This document shows positions 28,340 through 41,972 of a stretch of DNA of 64,000 nucleotides, piece after piece. The DNA lies in assembly GCA_964016885.1 (NCBI GenBank), contig OZ024748.1, positions 37,882,001-37,946,000 on the forward strand, written 5' to 3'. The notes under the pieces were generated by a model. That model saw only the letters and a program-made list of their open reading frames with translations. It was not told the origin of the DNA and did no database searches. The stretch is from Eledone cirrhosa. Taxonomy: Eukaryota. The position numbers were made by a program, and so were the translations under genes. The number at the start of each line of letters is the position of its first letter. Within the stretch, counting starts at the first letter, position 1.

Positions 28340-31300
28340 AATGTTGCGAAGGAGGTAAGTATTGTGGTTAAAAAGAAGTAAAAATATAAAGAATGTTTCA
28401 AAGGAGGTAAGTGTTGTGATTATAAGAAGTAAAAATATAAAGAATGTTGCGAAGGAGGTAAGAGTTGTGATTAAAAAGAAGGAAAAATATAATGAATGTT
28501 GCGAAGGAGGTAAGAGTTGCGATTAAAAAGAAGGAAAAATATAAAGAATGTTGCGAAAGAGCTAAGTGTTGTGATTAAAAAGAAGGAAAAATATAAAGAA
28601 ATTTACGAAGGAGATAAGAGTAGTGATTAAAAAGAAGGAAAACTATAAAGAATATTGCGAAAGAGGTAAGTGTTGTGATTAAAAAGAAGGAAAAATATAA
28701 AGAATGTTGCGAAGGAGGTAAGAGTGTTGATTAAAAAGAAGGAAAAATATAAAGAATGTTGCGAAGGAGGTAAATGTTGTGATTAAAAAGAGGGAAAAAT
28801 ATAAAGAATGTTACGAAGGATGTAAGAGTTGTGATTAAAAAGAAGGAAAATTATAAAGAATGTTGCGAAGGAGGTAAGTGTTGAGATTAAAAAGAAGGAA
28901 AAATATAAAGAATGTTGCGAAGGAGGTAAGAGTTGTGATTAAAAAGAAGGGAAAATATAAAGAATGTTTCGAAAGAGGTAAGTGTTGTAATTGAAAAGAA
29001 GGAAAAATATAAAGAATGTTGCGAAGTAGGTAAGAGTGTTGATTAAAAAGAAGGAAAAATATAAAGAATGTTGCGAAGGAGGTAAGTGTTGTGATTAAAA
29101 AGAAGGAAAAATATAAAGAATGTTACGAAGGAGGTAAGAGTTGTGATTAAAAAGAAGGAAAAATATGAAGAAATTTACGAAGGAGGTAAGCGTGGTGATT
29201 AAAAAGAAGGTAAACTATAAAGAATATTGCGAAGGAGGTAAGTGTTGTGTTTAAAAAGAAGGAAAAATATAAAGAAATTTACGAAGGAGGTAAGAGTGGT
29301 GATATAAAAAGAAGGAAAAATATAAAAAAATATTGCGAAAGAGATAAGTGTTGTGATTAAAAAGAAGGAAAAATATAAAGAATGTTGCGAAGGAGGTAAG
29401 AGTGTTGATTAAAAAGAAGGAAAAATATAAAGAATGTTGCGAAGGAGGTAAGTGTTGTGATTAAAAAGAAGGAAAAATATAAAGAATGTTACGAAGGAGG
29501 TAAGAGTTGTGATTAAAAAGAAGGAAAAATATAAAGAATGTTGAGAAGGAGGTAGTGTTGTGATTAAAAAGAAGGAAAAATATAAAGAATGTTACGAAGG
29601 AGGTAAGTGTTGTGATTAAAAAGAAGGATAAATATATGGAAATTTACGAAGGAGGTAGGATTGGTGATTAAAAAGAAGGAAAAATATAAAGAATGTTGCG
29701 AAGGAGGTAAGTGTTGTGTTTAAAAAGAAGGAAAAATATAGAGAATGTTGCGAAGGAGGTAAGTGTTGTGATTAAAAAGAATGAAAAATATAAAGAATGT
29801 TGCGAAGGAGGTAAGAGTGTTGATTAAAAAGAAGGAAAATATAAAGAATGTTGCCATGGAGGTAAGTGTTGTGGTTAAAAAGAAGTAAAAATATAAAGAA
29901 TGTTTCAAAGGAGGTAAGTGTTGTGATTAAAAGAAGGAAAAATATAAAGAATGTTGAGAATGAGGTAAGAGTTGTGATTAAAAAGAAGGAAAAATATAAA
30001 GAATGTTGCGAAGGAGGTAAGAGTTGTGATTAAAAAGAAGGAAAAATATAAAGAATCTTACGAAGGAGGTAAGAGTTGTGATTAAAAAGAAGGAAAAATA
30101 TGAAGAATGTTGCGAAGGAGGTAAGAGTTGCGATTAAAAAGAAGGAAAAATATAAAGAATGTTGCGAAAGAGCTAAGTGTTGTGATTAAAAAGAAGGAAA
30201 AATATAAAGAAATTTACGAAGGAGATAAGAGTTGTGATTAAAAAGAAGGAACACTATAAAGAATATTGCGAAAGGGGTAAGTGTTGTGATTAAAAAGAAG
30301 GAAAGAATATAAAGAATGTTGCGAAGGAGGTAAGAGTGTTGATTAAAAAGAAGAAAAATATAAAGAATGTTGCGAAGGAGGTAAGGGTTGTGATTAAAAA
30401 GAGGGAAAAAATATAAAGAATGTTACGAAGGAGGTAAGAGTTGTGATTAAAAAGAAGGAAAATTATAAAGAATGTTGCGAAGGAGGTAAGTGTTGATATT
30501 AAAAAGAAGGAAAAATATAAAGAATGTTGCGAAGGAGGTAAGAGTTGTGATTAAAAAGAAGGGAAAACATAAAGAATGTTGCGAAAGAGGTAAGTGTCAT
30601 GATTGAAAAGAAGGAAAAATATAAAGAATGTTGCGAAGTAGGTAAGAGTGTTGATTAAAAAGAAGGAAAAATACAAAGAATGTTGCGAAGGAGGTAAGTG
30701 TTGTGATTAAAAAGAAGGCAAAATATAAAGAATGTTACAAAGGAGGTAAGAGTTGTGATTAAAAAGAAGGAAAAATATGAAGAAATTTACGAAGGAGGTA
30801 AGCGTGGTGATTAAAAAGAAGGTAAACTATAAAGAATATTGCGAAGGAGGTAAGTGTTGTGTTTAAAAAGAAGGAAAAATATAAAGAAATTTACGAAGGA
30901 GGTAAGAGTGGTGATATAAAAAGAAGGAAAAATATAAAAAAATATTGCGAAAGAGGTAAGTGTTGTGATTAAAAAGAAGAAAAATATAAAGAATGTTGCG
31001 AAGGAGGTAAGTGTTGTGATTAAAAAGAAGGAAAAATATAAAGAATGTTACGAAGGAGGTAAGAGTTGTGATTAAAAAGAAGGAAAAATATAAAGAATGT
31101 TGTGAAGGAGGTAGGAGTGTTGATTAAAAAGAAGGAAAAATATAAAGAATGTTGCGAAGGAGGTAAGTATTGTGGTTAAAAAGAAGTAAAAATATAAAGA
31201 ATGTTTCAAAGGAGGTAAGTGTTGTGATTATAAGAAGGAAAAATATAAAGAATGTTGCGAAGGAGGTAAGAGTTGTGATTAAAAAGAAGGAAAAATATAA

Positions 31301-33800
31301 AGAATGTTGCGAAGGAGGTAAGAGTTGCGATTAAAAAGAAGGGAAAATATAAAGAATGTTGCGAAAGAGCTAAGTGTTGTGATTAAAAAGAAGGAAAAAT
31401 ATAAAGAAATTTACGAAGGAGATAAGAGTAGTGATTAAAAAGAAGGAAAACTATAAAGAATATTGCGAAAGAGGTAAGTGTTGTGATTAAAAAGAAGGAA
31501 AAATATAAAGAATGTTGCGAAGGAGGTAAGAGTGTTGATTAAAAAGAAGGAAAAATATAAAGAATGTTGCGAAGGAGGTAAATGTTGTGATTAAAAAGAG
31601 GGAAAAATATAAAGAATGTTACGAAGGATGTAAGAGTTGTGATTAAAAAGAAGGAAAATTATAAAGAATATTGCGAAGGAGGTAAGTGTTGAGATTAAAA
31701 AGAAGGAAAAATATAAAGAATGTTGCGAAGGAGGTAAGAGTTGTGATTAAAAAGAAGGGAAAATATAAAGAATGTTTCGAAAGAGGTAAGTGTTGTAATT
31801 GAAAAGAAGGAAAAATATAAAGAATGTTGCGAAGTAGGTAAGAGTGTTGATTAAAAAGAAGGAAAAATATAAAGAATGTTGCGAAGGAGGTAAGTGTTGT
31901 GATTAAAAAGAAGGAAAAATATAAAGAATGTTACGAAGGAGGTAAGAGTTGTGATTAAAAAGAAGGAAAAATATGAAGAAATTTACGAAGGAGGTAAGCG
32001 TGGTGATTAAAAAGAAGGTAAACTATAAAGAATATTGCGAAGGAGGTAAGTGTTGTGTTTAAAAAGAAGGAAAAATATAAAGAAATTTACGAAGGAGTTA
32101 AGAGTGGTGATATAAAAAGAAGGAAAAATATAAAAAAATATTACGAAAGAGGTAAGTGTTGTGATTAAAAAGAAGGAAAAATATAAAGAATGTTGCGAAG
32201 GAGGTAAGAGTGTTGATTAAAAAGAAGGAAAAATATAAAGAATGTTGCGAAGGAGGTAAGTGTTGTGATTAAAAAGAAGGAAAAATATAAAGAATGTTAC
32301 GAAGGAGGTAAGAGTTGTGATTAAAAAGAAGGAAAAATATAAAGAATGTTGAGAAGGAGGTAGTGTTGTGATTAAAAAGAAGGAAAAATATAGAGAATGT
32401 TACGCAGGAGGTAAGTGTTGTGATTAAAAAGAAGGAGAAATATATGGAAATTTACGAAGGAGGTAGGATTGGTGATTAAAAAGAAGGAAAAATATAAAGA
32501 ATGTTGCGAAGGAGGTAAGTGTTGTGTTTAAAAAGAAGGAAAAATATAGAGAATGTTGCGAAGGAGGTAAGTGTTGTGATTAAAAAGAATGAAAAATATA
32601 AAGAATGTTGCGAATGAGGTAAGAGTGTTGATTAAAAAGAAGGAAAATATAAAGAATGTTGCCATGGAGGTAAGTGTTGTGGTTAAAAAGAAGTAAAAAT
32701 ATAAAGAATGTTTCAAAGGAGGTAAGTGTTGTGATTAAAAGAAGGAAAAATATAAAGAATGTTGAGAATGAGGTAAGAGTTGTGATTAAAAAGAAGGAAA
32801 AATATAAAGAATGTTGCGAAGGAGGTAAGAGTTGTGATTAAAAAGAAGGAAAAATATAAAGAATCTTACGAAGGAGGTAAGAGTTGTGATTAAAAAGAAG
32901 GAAAAATATGCAGAATGTTGCGAAGGAGGTAAGAGTTGCGATTAAAAAGAAGGGAAAATATAAAGAATGTTGCGAAAGAGCTAAGTGTTGTGATTAAAAA
33001 GAAGGAAAAATATAAAGAAATTTACGAAGGAGATAAGACTTGTGATTAAAAAGAAGGAAAACTATAAAGAATATTGCGAAAGAGGTAAGTGTTGTGATTA
33101 AAAAGAAGGAAAAATATAAAGAATGTTACGAAGGAGGTAAGAGTGTTGATTAAAAAGAAGGAAAAATATAAAGAATGTTGCGAAGGAGGTAAGGGTTGTG
33201 ATTAAAAAGAGGGAAAAAATATAAAGAATGTTACGAAGGAGGTAAGAGTTGTGATTAAAAAGAAGGAAAATTATAAAGAATGTTGCGAAGGAGGTAAGTG
33301 TTGATATTAAAAAGAAGGAAAAATATAAAGAATGTTGCGAAGGAGGTAAGAGTTGTGATTAAAAAGAATGGAAAACATAAAGAATGTTGCGAAAGAGGTA
33401 AGTGTTGTGATTGAAAAGAAGGAAAAATATAAAGAATGTTGCGAAGTAGGTAAGAGTGTTGATTAAAAAGAAGGAAAAATATAAAGAATGTTGCGAAGGA
33501 GGTAAGTGTTGTGATTAAAAAGAAGGAAAAATATAAAGAATGTTACGAAGGAGGTAAGAGTTGTGATTAAAAAGAAGGAAAAATATGAAGAAATTTACGA
33601 AGGAGGTAAGCGTGGTGATTAAAAAGAAGGTAAACTATAAAGAATATTGCGAAGGAGGTAAGTGTTGTGTTTAAAAAGAAGGAAAAATATGAAGAAATTT
33701 ACGAAGGAGGTAAGAGTGGTGATATAAAAAGAAGGAAAAATATAAAAAAATATTGCGAAAGAGGTAAGTGTTGTGATTAAAAAGAAGGAAAAATATAAAG
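28340..33800 (+). repeat. Tandem duplication of a 54-monomer (2808-bp) block, moderately diverged
   Basis: Offset 2808 for taaatgttg (28771/31579), the T of aaggatgtaag (28821/31629), ccatgg (29854/32662) and tgttgatatt (30491/33299). A shorter related copy lies upstream at ~26400-28300 (offsets 1871 and 2027). Confidence 0.85.
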
Positions 33801-36800
33801 AATGTTGCGAAGGAGGTAAGAGTGTTGATTAAAAAGAAGGAAAAATATAAAGAATGTTACGAAGGAGGTAAGTGTTGTGATTAAAAAGAAAGAAAAATAT
33901 AAAGAATGTTGCGAAAGAGGTAAGTGTTGTGATTAAAAAGAAGGAAAAATATAAAGAATGTTGCGAAAGTGGTAAGATTGTTGATTAAAAAGAAGGAAAA
34001 ATATAAAGAATGTTGCGAAGGAGGTAAGACTGGTGATTAAAAGGAAGGAAAAATATAAAGAATCTTCCGAAGGAGGTAAGAGTTGTGATTAAAAAGAAGG
34101 AAAAATATAAAGAATGTTGCGAAGGAGGTAAGAGTTGTGATTGAAAAGAAGGGAAAATATAAAGAATGTTGCGAAAGAGCTAAGTGTTGTGATTAAAAAT
34201 AAGGAAAAATATAAAGAATGTTGCGAAGGAGGTAAGAGTGTTGATTAAAAAGAAGGATAAATATAAGGAAATTTACGAAGGAGGTATGATTGGTGATTAA
34301 AAAGAAGGGAAAATATAAAGAATGTTGCGAAAGAGCTAAGTGTTGTGATTAAATATAATGAAAAATATAAAGAATGTTGCGAAGGAGGTAAGAGCGTTGA
34401 TTAAAAAGAAGGAAAAATATAAAGAATGTTGCGAAGGAGTTAAGTGTTGTGATTAAAAAGAAAGAAAAATATAAAGAATGTTACGATGGAGGTAAGAGTT
34501 GTGATTAAAAAGAAGGATAAATATAAGGAAATTTACGAAGGAGGTATGATTGGTGATTAAAAAGAAGGAAAAATATAAAGAATATTGCGAAGAAGGTAAG
34601 TGTTGTGTTTAAAAAGAAGGAAAAATATAAAGAATGTTGCGTAAGAGGTAAGTCTTGTGATTAAAAATAAGGAAAAATATAAAGAATGTTGCGAAGGAGG
34701 TAAGAGTTGTGATTAAAAAGAAGGAATAATATAAAGAATGTTGCGAAAGAGGTAAGTGTCGTGATTAAAAAGAAGGAAAAAAATTTAGAGAATGTTGCGA
34801 AGGAGGTAAGTGTTGTGATTAAAAAGAAGGAAAAATATAAAGAATGTTGCGAAGGAGGTAAGAGTGTTGATTAAAAAGAAGGAAAAATATAAAGAATGTT
34901 GCGAAGGAGGTAAGTGTTGTGATTAAAAAGAAGTAAAAATATAAAGAATGTTTCAAAGGAGGTAAGTGTTGTGATTAAAAAGAAGGAAAAATATAAAGAA
35001 TGTTGCGAAGGAGGTAAGAGTTGTGATTAAAAAGAAGGAAAAATATAAAGAATCTTACGAAGGAGGTAAGTGTTGTGATTAAAAAGAAGGAAAAATATAA
35101 AGAATGTTGCGAATGAGGTAAGAGTTGTGATTAAAAAGAAGGGAAAATATAAAGAATGTTGCGAAAGAGCTAAGTGTTGTGATTAAAAATAAGGAAAAAA
35201 TATAAAGAACGTTGCTAAGGCGGTAAGAGTGTTGATTAAAAAGAAGGAAAAATATAAAGAATGTTGCGAAGGACGTAAGAGTTGTGATTAAAAAGAAGGA
35301 AAAATATAAAGAATCTTCCGAAGGAGGTAAGAGTTGTGATTAAAAAGAAGGAAAAATATAAAGAATGTTGCAAAGGGGGTAAGAGTTGTGATTAAAAAGA
35401 AGGAAAAATATAAAAAATATTGCGAAGAAGGTAAGTGTTGTGTTTAAAAAGAAGGAAAAATATAAAGAATGTTGCGTAAGAGGTAAGTCTTGTGATTAAA
35501 AATAAGGAAAAATATAAAGAATGTTGCGAAGGAGGTAAGAGTTGTGATTAAAAAGAAGGAATAATATAAAGAATGTTGCGAAGGAGGTAAGTGTTGTGAT
35601 TAAAAAGAAGGAAAAATATAGAGAATGTTGCGAAGGAGGTAAGTGTTGTGATTAAAAAGAAGGAAAAATATAAAGAATGTTACGAAGGAGGTAAGAGTGT
35701 TGATTAAAAAGAAGGAAAAATATAAAGAATGTTGCGAAGGAGGTAAGTGTTGTGATTAAAAAGAAGTAAAAATATAAAGAATGTTTCAAAGGAGGTAAGT
35801 GTTGTGATTAAAAGAAGGAAAAATATAAAGAATGTTGCGAAGGAGGTAGGAGTTGTGATTAAAAAGAAGGAAAAATATAAAGAATGTTGCGAAGGAGGTA
35901 AGAGTTGTGATTAAAAAGAAGGAAAAATATAAAGAATCTTACGAAGGAGGTAAGTGTTGTGATTAAAGAGAAGGAAAAATATAAAGAATGTTGCGAAGGA
36001 GGTAAGAGTTGTGATTAAAAAGAAGGGAAAATATAAAGAATGTTGCGTAAGAGGTAAGTGTTGTGATTAAAAATAAGGAAAAATATAAAGAATGTTGCGA
36101 AGGCGGTACGAGTGTTGATTAAAAAGAAGGAAAAATATAAAGAATGTTGCGAAGGAGTTAAGTGTTGTGAATAAAAAGAAACAAAAATATAAAGAATGTT
36201 ACGAAGGAGGTAAGAGTTGTGATTAAAAAGAAGAGAAAATATAAAGAATGTTGCGAAAGAGGTAAGTGTTGTGATTAAAAAGAAGGAAAAATATGAAGAA
36301 TGTTGCGAAGTAGTTAAGAGTGTTGATTAAAAAGAAGGAAAAATAAAAAGAATGTTGCGAAGGAGGTAAGTGTTGTGATTAAAAAGACGGAAAAATATAA
36401 AGAATGTGTCGAAGGAGGTAAGTGTTGTGATTAAAAAGAAGGGAAAATATAAAGAATGTTGCAAAGGGGGTAAGAGTTGTGATTAAAAAGAAGGAAAAAT
36501 ATAAAAAATATTGCGAAGAAGGTAAGTGTTGTGTTTAAAAAGAAGGAAAAATATAAAGAATGTTGCGTAAGAGGTAAGTCTTGTGATTAAAAATAAGGAA
36601 AAATATAAAGAATGTTGCGAAGGAGGTAAGAGTTGTGATTAAAAAGAAGGAATAATATAAAGAATGTTGCGAAGGAGGTAAGTGTTGTGATTAAAAAGAA
36701 GGAAAAATATAGAGAATGTTGCGAAGGAGGTAAGTGTTGTGATTAAAAAGAAGGAAAAATATAAAGAATGTTACGAAGGAGGTAAGAGTGTTGATTAAAA

Positions 36801-39800
36801 TGAAGGAAAAATATAAAGAATGTTGCGAAGGAGGTAAGTGTTGTGATTAAAAAGAAGTAAAAATATAAAGAATGTTTCAAAGGAGGTAAGTGTTGTGATT
36901 AAAAGAAGGAAAAATATAAAGAATGTTGCGAAGGAGGTAGGAGTTGTGATTAAAAAGAAGGAAAAATATAAAGAATGTTGCGAAGGAGGTAAGAGTTGTG
37001 ATTAAAAAGAAGGAAAAATATAAAGAATCTTACGAAGGAGGTAAGTGTTGTGATTAAAGAGAAGGAAAAATATAAAGAATGTTGCGAAGGAGGTAAGAGT
37101 TGTGATTAAAAAGAAGGGAAAATATAAAGAATGTTACGAAGGAGGTAAGAGTTGTGATTAAAAAGAAGGAAAAATATAAAGAATGTTGAGAAGGAGGTAG
37201 TGTTGTGATTAAAAAGAAGGAAAAATATAGAGAATGTTACGCAGGAGGTAAGTGTTGTGATTAAAAAGAAGGAGAAATATATGGAAATTTACGAAGGAGG
37301 TAGGATTGGTGATTAAAAAGAAGGAAAAATATAAAGAATGTTGCGAAGGAGGTAAGTGTTGTGTTTAAAAAGAAGGAAAAATATAGAGAATGTTGCGAAG
37401 GAGGTAAGTGTTGTGATTAAAAAGAATGAAAAATATAAAGAATGTTGCGAATGAGGTAAGAGTGTTGATTAAAAAGAAGGAAAATATAAAGAATGTTGCC
37501 ATGGAGGTAAGTGTTGTGGTTAAAAAGAAGTAAAAATATAAAGAATGTTTCAAAGGAGGTAAGTGTTGTGATTAAAAGAAGGAAAAATATAAAGAATGTT
37601 GAGAATGAGGTAAGAGTTGTGATTAAAAAGAAGGAAAAATATAAAGAATGTTGCGAAGGAGGTAAGAGTTGTGATTAAAAAGAAGGAAAAATATAAAGAA
37701 TCTTACGAAGGAGGTAAGAGTTGTGATTAAAAAGAAGGAAAAATATGCAGAATGTTGCGAAGGAGGTAAGAGTTGCGATTAAAAAGAAGGGAAAATATAA
37801 AGAATGTTGCGAAAGAGCTAAGTGTTGTGATTAAAAAGAAGGAAAAATATAAAGAAATTTACGAAGGAGATAAGACTTGTGATTAAAAAGAAGGAAAACT
37901 ATAAAGAATATTGCGAAAGAGGTAAGTGTTGTGATTAAAAAGAAGGAAAAATATAAAGAATGTTACGAAGGAGGTAAGAGTGTTGATTAAAAAGAAGGAA
38001 AAATATAAAGAATGTTGCGAAGGAGGTAAGGGTTGTGATTAAAAAGAGGGAAAAAATATAAAGAATGTTACGAAGGAGGTAAGAGTTGTGATTAAAAAGA
38101 AGGAAAATTATAAAGAATGTTGCGAAGGAGGTAAGTGTTGATATTAAAAAGAAGGAAAAATATAAAGAATGTTGCGAAGGAGGTAAGAGTTGTGATTAAA
38201 AAGAATGGAAAACATAAAGAATGTTGCGAAAGAGGTAAGTGTTGTGATTGAAAAGAAGGAAAAATATAAAGAATGTTGCGAAGTAGGTAAGAGTGTTGAT
38301 TAAAAAGAAGGAAAAATATAAAGAATGTTGCGAAGGAGGTAAGTGTTGTGATTAAAAAGAAGGAAAAATATAAAGAATGTTACGAAGGAGGTAAGAGTTG
38401 TGATTAAAAAGAAGGAAAAATATGAAGAAATTTACGAAGGAGGTAAGCGTGGTGATTAAAAAGAAGGTAAACTATAAAGAATATTGCGAAGGAGGTAAGT
38501 GTTGTGTTTAAAAAGAAGGAAAAATATGAAGAAATTTACGAAGGAGGTAAGAGTGGTGATATAAAAAGAAGGAAAAATATAAAAAAATATTGCGAAAGAG
38601 GTAAGTGTTGTGATTAAAAAGAAGGAAAAATATAAAGAATGTTGCGAAGGAGGTAAGAGTGTTGATTAAAAAGAAGGAAAAATATAAAGAATGTTACGAA
38701 GGAGGTAAGTGTTGTGATTAAAAAGAAAGAAAAATATAAAGAATGTTGCGAAAGAGGTAAGTGTTGTGATTAAAAAGAAGGAAAAATATAAAGAATGTTG
38801 CGAAAGTGGTAAGATTGTTGATTAAAAAGAAGGAAAAATATAAAGAATGTTGCGAAGGAGGTAAGACTGGTGATTAAAAGGAAGGAAAAATATAAAGAAT
38901 CTTCCGAAGGAGGTAAGAGTTGTGATTAAAAAGAAGGAAAAATATAAAGAATGTTGCGAAGGAGGTAAGAGTTGTGATTGAAAAGAAGGGAAAATATAAA
39001 GAATGTTGCGAAAGAGCTAAGTGTTGTGATTAAAAATAAGGAAAAATATAAAGAATGTTGCGAAGGAGGTAAGAGTGTTGATTAAAAAGAAGGATAAATA
39101 TAAGGAAATTTACGAAGGAGGTATGATTGGTGATTAAAAAGAAGGGAAAATATAAAGAATGTTGCGAAAGAGCTAAGTGTTGTGATTAAATATAATGAAA
39201 AATATAAAGAATGTTGCGAAGGAGGTAAGAGCGTTGATTAAAAAGAAGGAAAAATATAAAGAATGTTGCGAAGGAGTTAAGTGTTGTGATTAAAAAGAAA
39301 GAAAAATATAAAGAATGTTACGATGGAGGTAAGAGTTGTGATTAAAAAGAAGGATAAATATAAGGAAATTTACGAAGGAGGTATTATTGGTGATTAAAAA
39401 GAAGGAAAAATATAAAGAATATTGCGAAGAAGGTAAGTGTTGTGTTTAAAAAGAAGGAAAAATATAAAGAATGTTGCGTAAGAGGTAAGTCTTGTGATTA
39501 AAAATAAGGAAAAATATAAAGAATGTTGCGAAGGAGGTAAGAGTTGTGATTAAAAAGAAGGAATAATATAAAGAATGTTGCGAAAGAGGTAAGTGTCGTG
39601 ATTAAAAAGAAGGAAAAAAATTTAGAGAATGTTGCGAAGGAGGTAAGTGTTGTGATTAAAAAGAAGGAAAAATATAAAGAATGTTGCGAAGGAGGTAAGA
39701 GTGTTGATTAAAAAGAAGGAAAAATATAAAGAATGTTGCGAAGGAGGTAAGTGTTGTGATTAAAAAGAAGTAAAAATATAAAGAATGTTTCAAAGGAGGT

Positions 39801-41972
39801 AAGTGTTGTGATTAAAAAGAAGGAAAAATATAAAGAATGTTGCGAAGGAGGTAAGAGTTGTGATTAAAAAGAAGGAAAAATATAAAGAATCTTACGAAGG
39901 AGGTAAGTGTTGTGATTAAAAAGAAGGAAAAATATAAAGAATGTTGCGAATGAGGTAAGAGTTGTGATTAAAAAGAAGGGAAAATATAAAGAATGTTGCG
40001 AAAGAGCTAAGTGTTGTGATTAAAAATAAGGAAGAAATATAAAGAACGTTGCTAAGGCGGTAAGAGTGTTGATTAAAAAGAAGGAAAAATATAAAGAATG
40101 TTGCGAAGGACGTAAGAGTTGTGATTAAAAAGAAGGAAAAATATAAAGAATCTTCCGAAGGAGGTAAGAGTTGTGATTAAAAAGAAGGAAAAATATAAAG
40201 AATGTTGCAAAGGGGGTAAGAGTTGTGATTAAAAAGAAGGAAAAATATAAAAAATATTGCGAAGAAGGTAAGTGTTGTGTTTAAAAAGAAGGAAAAATAT
40301 AAAGAATGTTGCGTAAGAGGTAAGTCTTGTGATTAAAAATAAGGAAAAATATAAAGAATGTTGCGAAGGAGGTAAGAGTTGTGATTAAAAAGAAGGAATA
40401 ATATAAAGAATGTTGCGAAGGAGGTAAGTGTTGTGATTAAAAAGAAGGAAAAATATAGAGAATGTTGCGAAGGAGGTAAGTGTTGTGATTAAAAAGAAGG
40501 AAAAATATAAAGAATGTTACGAAGGAGGTAAGAGTGTTGATTAAAAAGAAGGAAAAATATAAAGAATGTTGCGAAGGAGGTAAGTGTTGTGATTAAAAAG
40601 AAGTAAAAATATAAAGAATGTTTCAAAGGAGGTAAGTGTTGTGATTAAAAGAAGGAAAAATATAAAGAATGTTGCGAAGGAGGTAGGAGTTGTGATTAAA
40701 AAGAAGGAAAAATATAAAGAATGTTGCGAAGGAGGTAAGAGTTGTGATTAAAAAGAAGGAAAAATATAAAGAATCTTACGAAGGAGGTAAGTGTTGTGAT
40801 TAAAGAGAAGGAAAAATATAAAGAATGTTGCGAAGGAGGTAAGAGTTGTGATTAAAAAGAAGGGAAAATATAAAGAATGTTGCGTAAGAGGTAAGTGTTG
40901 TGATTAAAAATAAGGAAAAATATAAAGAATGTTGCGAAGGCGGTACGAGTGTTGATTAAAAAGAAGGAAAAATATAAAGAATGTTGCGAAGGAGTTAAGT
41001 GTTGTGAATAAAAAGAAACAAAAATATAAAGAATGTTACGAAGGAGGTAAGAGTTGTGATTAAAAAGAAGAGAAAATATAAAGAATGTTGCGAAAGAGGT
41101 AAGTGTTGTGATTAAAAAGAAGGAAAAATATGAAGAATGTTGCGAAGTAGTTAAGAGTGTTGATTAAAAAGAAGGAAAAATAAAAAGAATGTTGCGAAGG
41201 AGGTAAGTGTTGTGATTAAAAAGACGGAAAAATATAAAGAATGTGTCGAAGGAGGTAAGTGTTGTGATTAAAAAGAAGGGAAAATATAAAGAATGTTGCA
41301 AAGGGGGTAAGAGTTGTGATTAAAAAGAAGGAAAAATATAAAAAATATTGCGAAGAAGGTAAGTGTTGTGTTTAAAAAGAAGGAAAAATATAAAGAATGT
41401 TGCGTAAGAGGTAAGTCTTGTGATTAAAAATAAGGAAAAATATAAAGAATGTTGCGAAGGAGGTAAGAGTTGTGATTAAAAAGAAGGAATAATATAAAGA
41501 ATGTTGCGAAGGAGGTAAGTGTTGTGATTAAAAAGAAGGAAAAATATAGAGAATGTTGCGAAGGAGGTAAGTGTTGTGATTAAAAAGAAGGAAAAATATA
41601 AAGAATGTTACGAAGGAGGTAAGAGTGTTGATTAAAAAGAAGGAAAAATATAAAGAATGTTGCGAAGGAGGTAAGTGTTGTGATTAAAAAGAAGTAAAAA
41701 TATAAAGAATGTTTCAAAGGAGGTAAGTGTTGTGATTAAAAGAAGGAAAAATATAAAGAATGTTGCGAAGGAGGTAGGAGTTGTGATTAAAAAGAAGGAA
41801 AAATATAAAGAATGTTGCGAAGGAGGTAAGAGTTGTGATTAAAAAGAAGGAAAAATATAAAGAATCTTACGAAGGAGGTAAGTGTTGTGATTAAAGAGAA
41901 GGAAAAATATAAAGAATGTTGCGAAGGAGGTAAGAGTTGTGATTAAAAAGAAGGGAAAATATAAAGAATGTT
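32299..41972 (+). repeat. Near-identical tandem duplication of a 93-monomer (4837-bp) block: 32299-37135 and 37136-41972
   Basis: Offset 4837 for tacgcagg (32401/37238), ccatgg (32662/37499), caaagggggt (35371/40208) and gtgtcgaagg (36406/41243). Only about three substitutions noticed between copies. Confidence 0.92.

Noticed and set aside
2715-41972. Large duplications as pure assembly artefacts
   Set aside because: Copies differ by substitutions and whole-monomer indels (e.g. aaggaggac ~6565 vs aagaaggac ~11451; tatgattgg ~34545 vs tattattgg ~39382), which favours real paralogs. This is not fully excluded without spanning reads.
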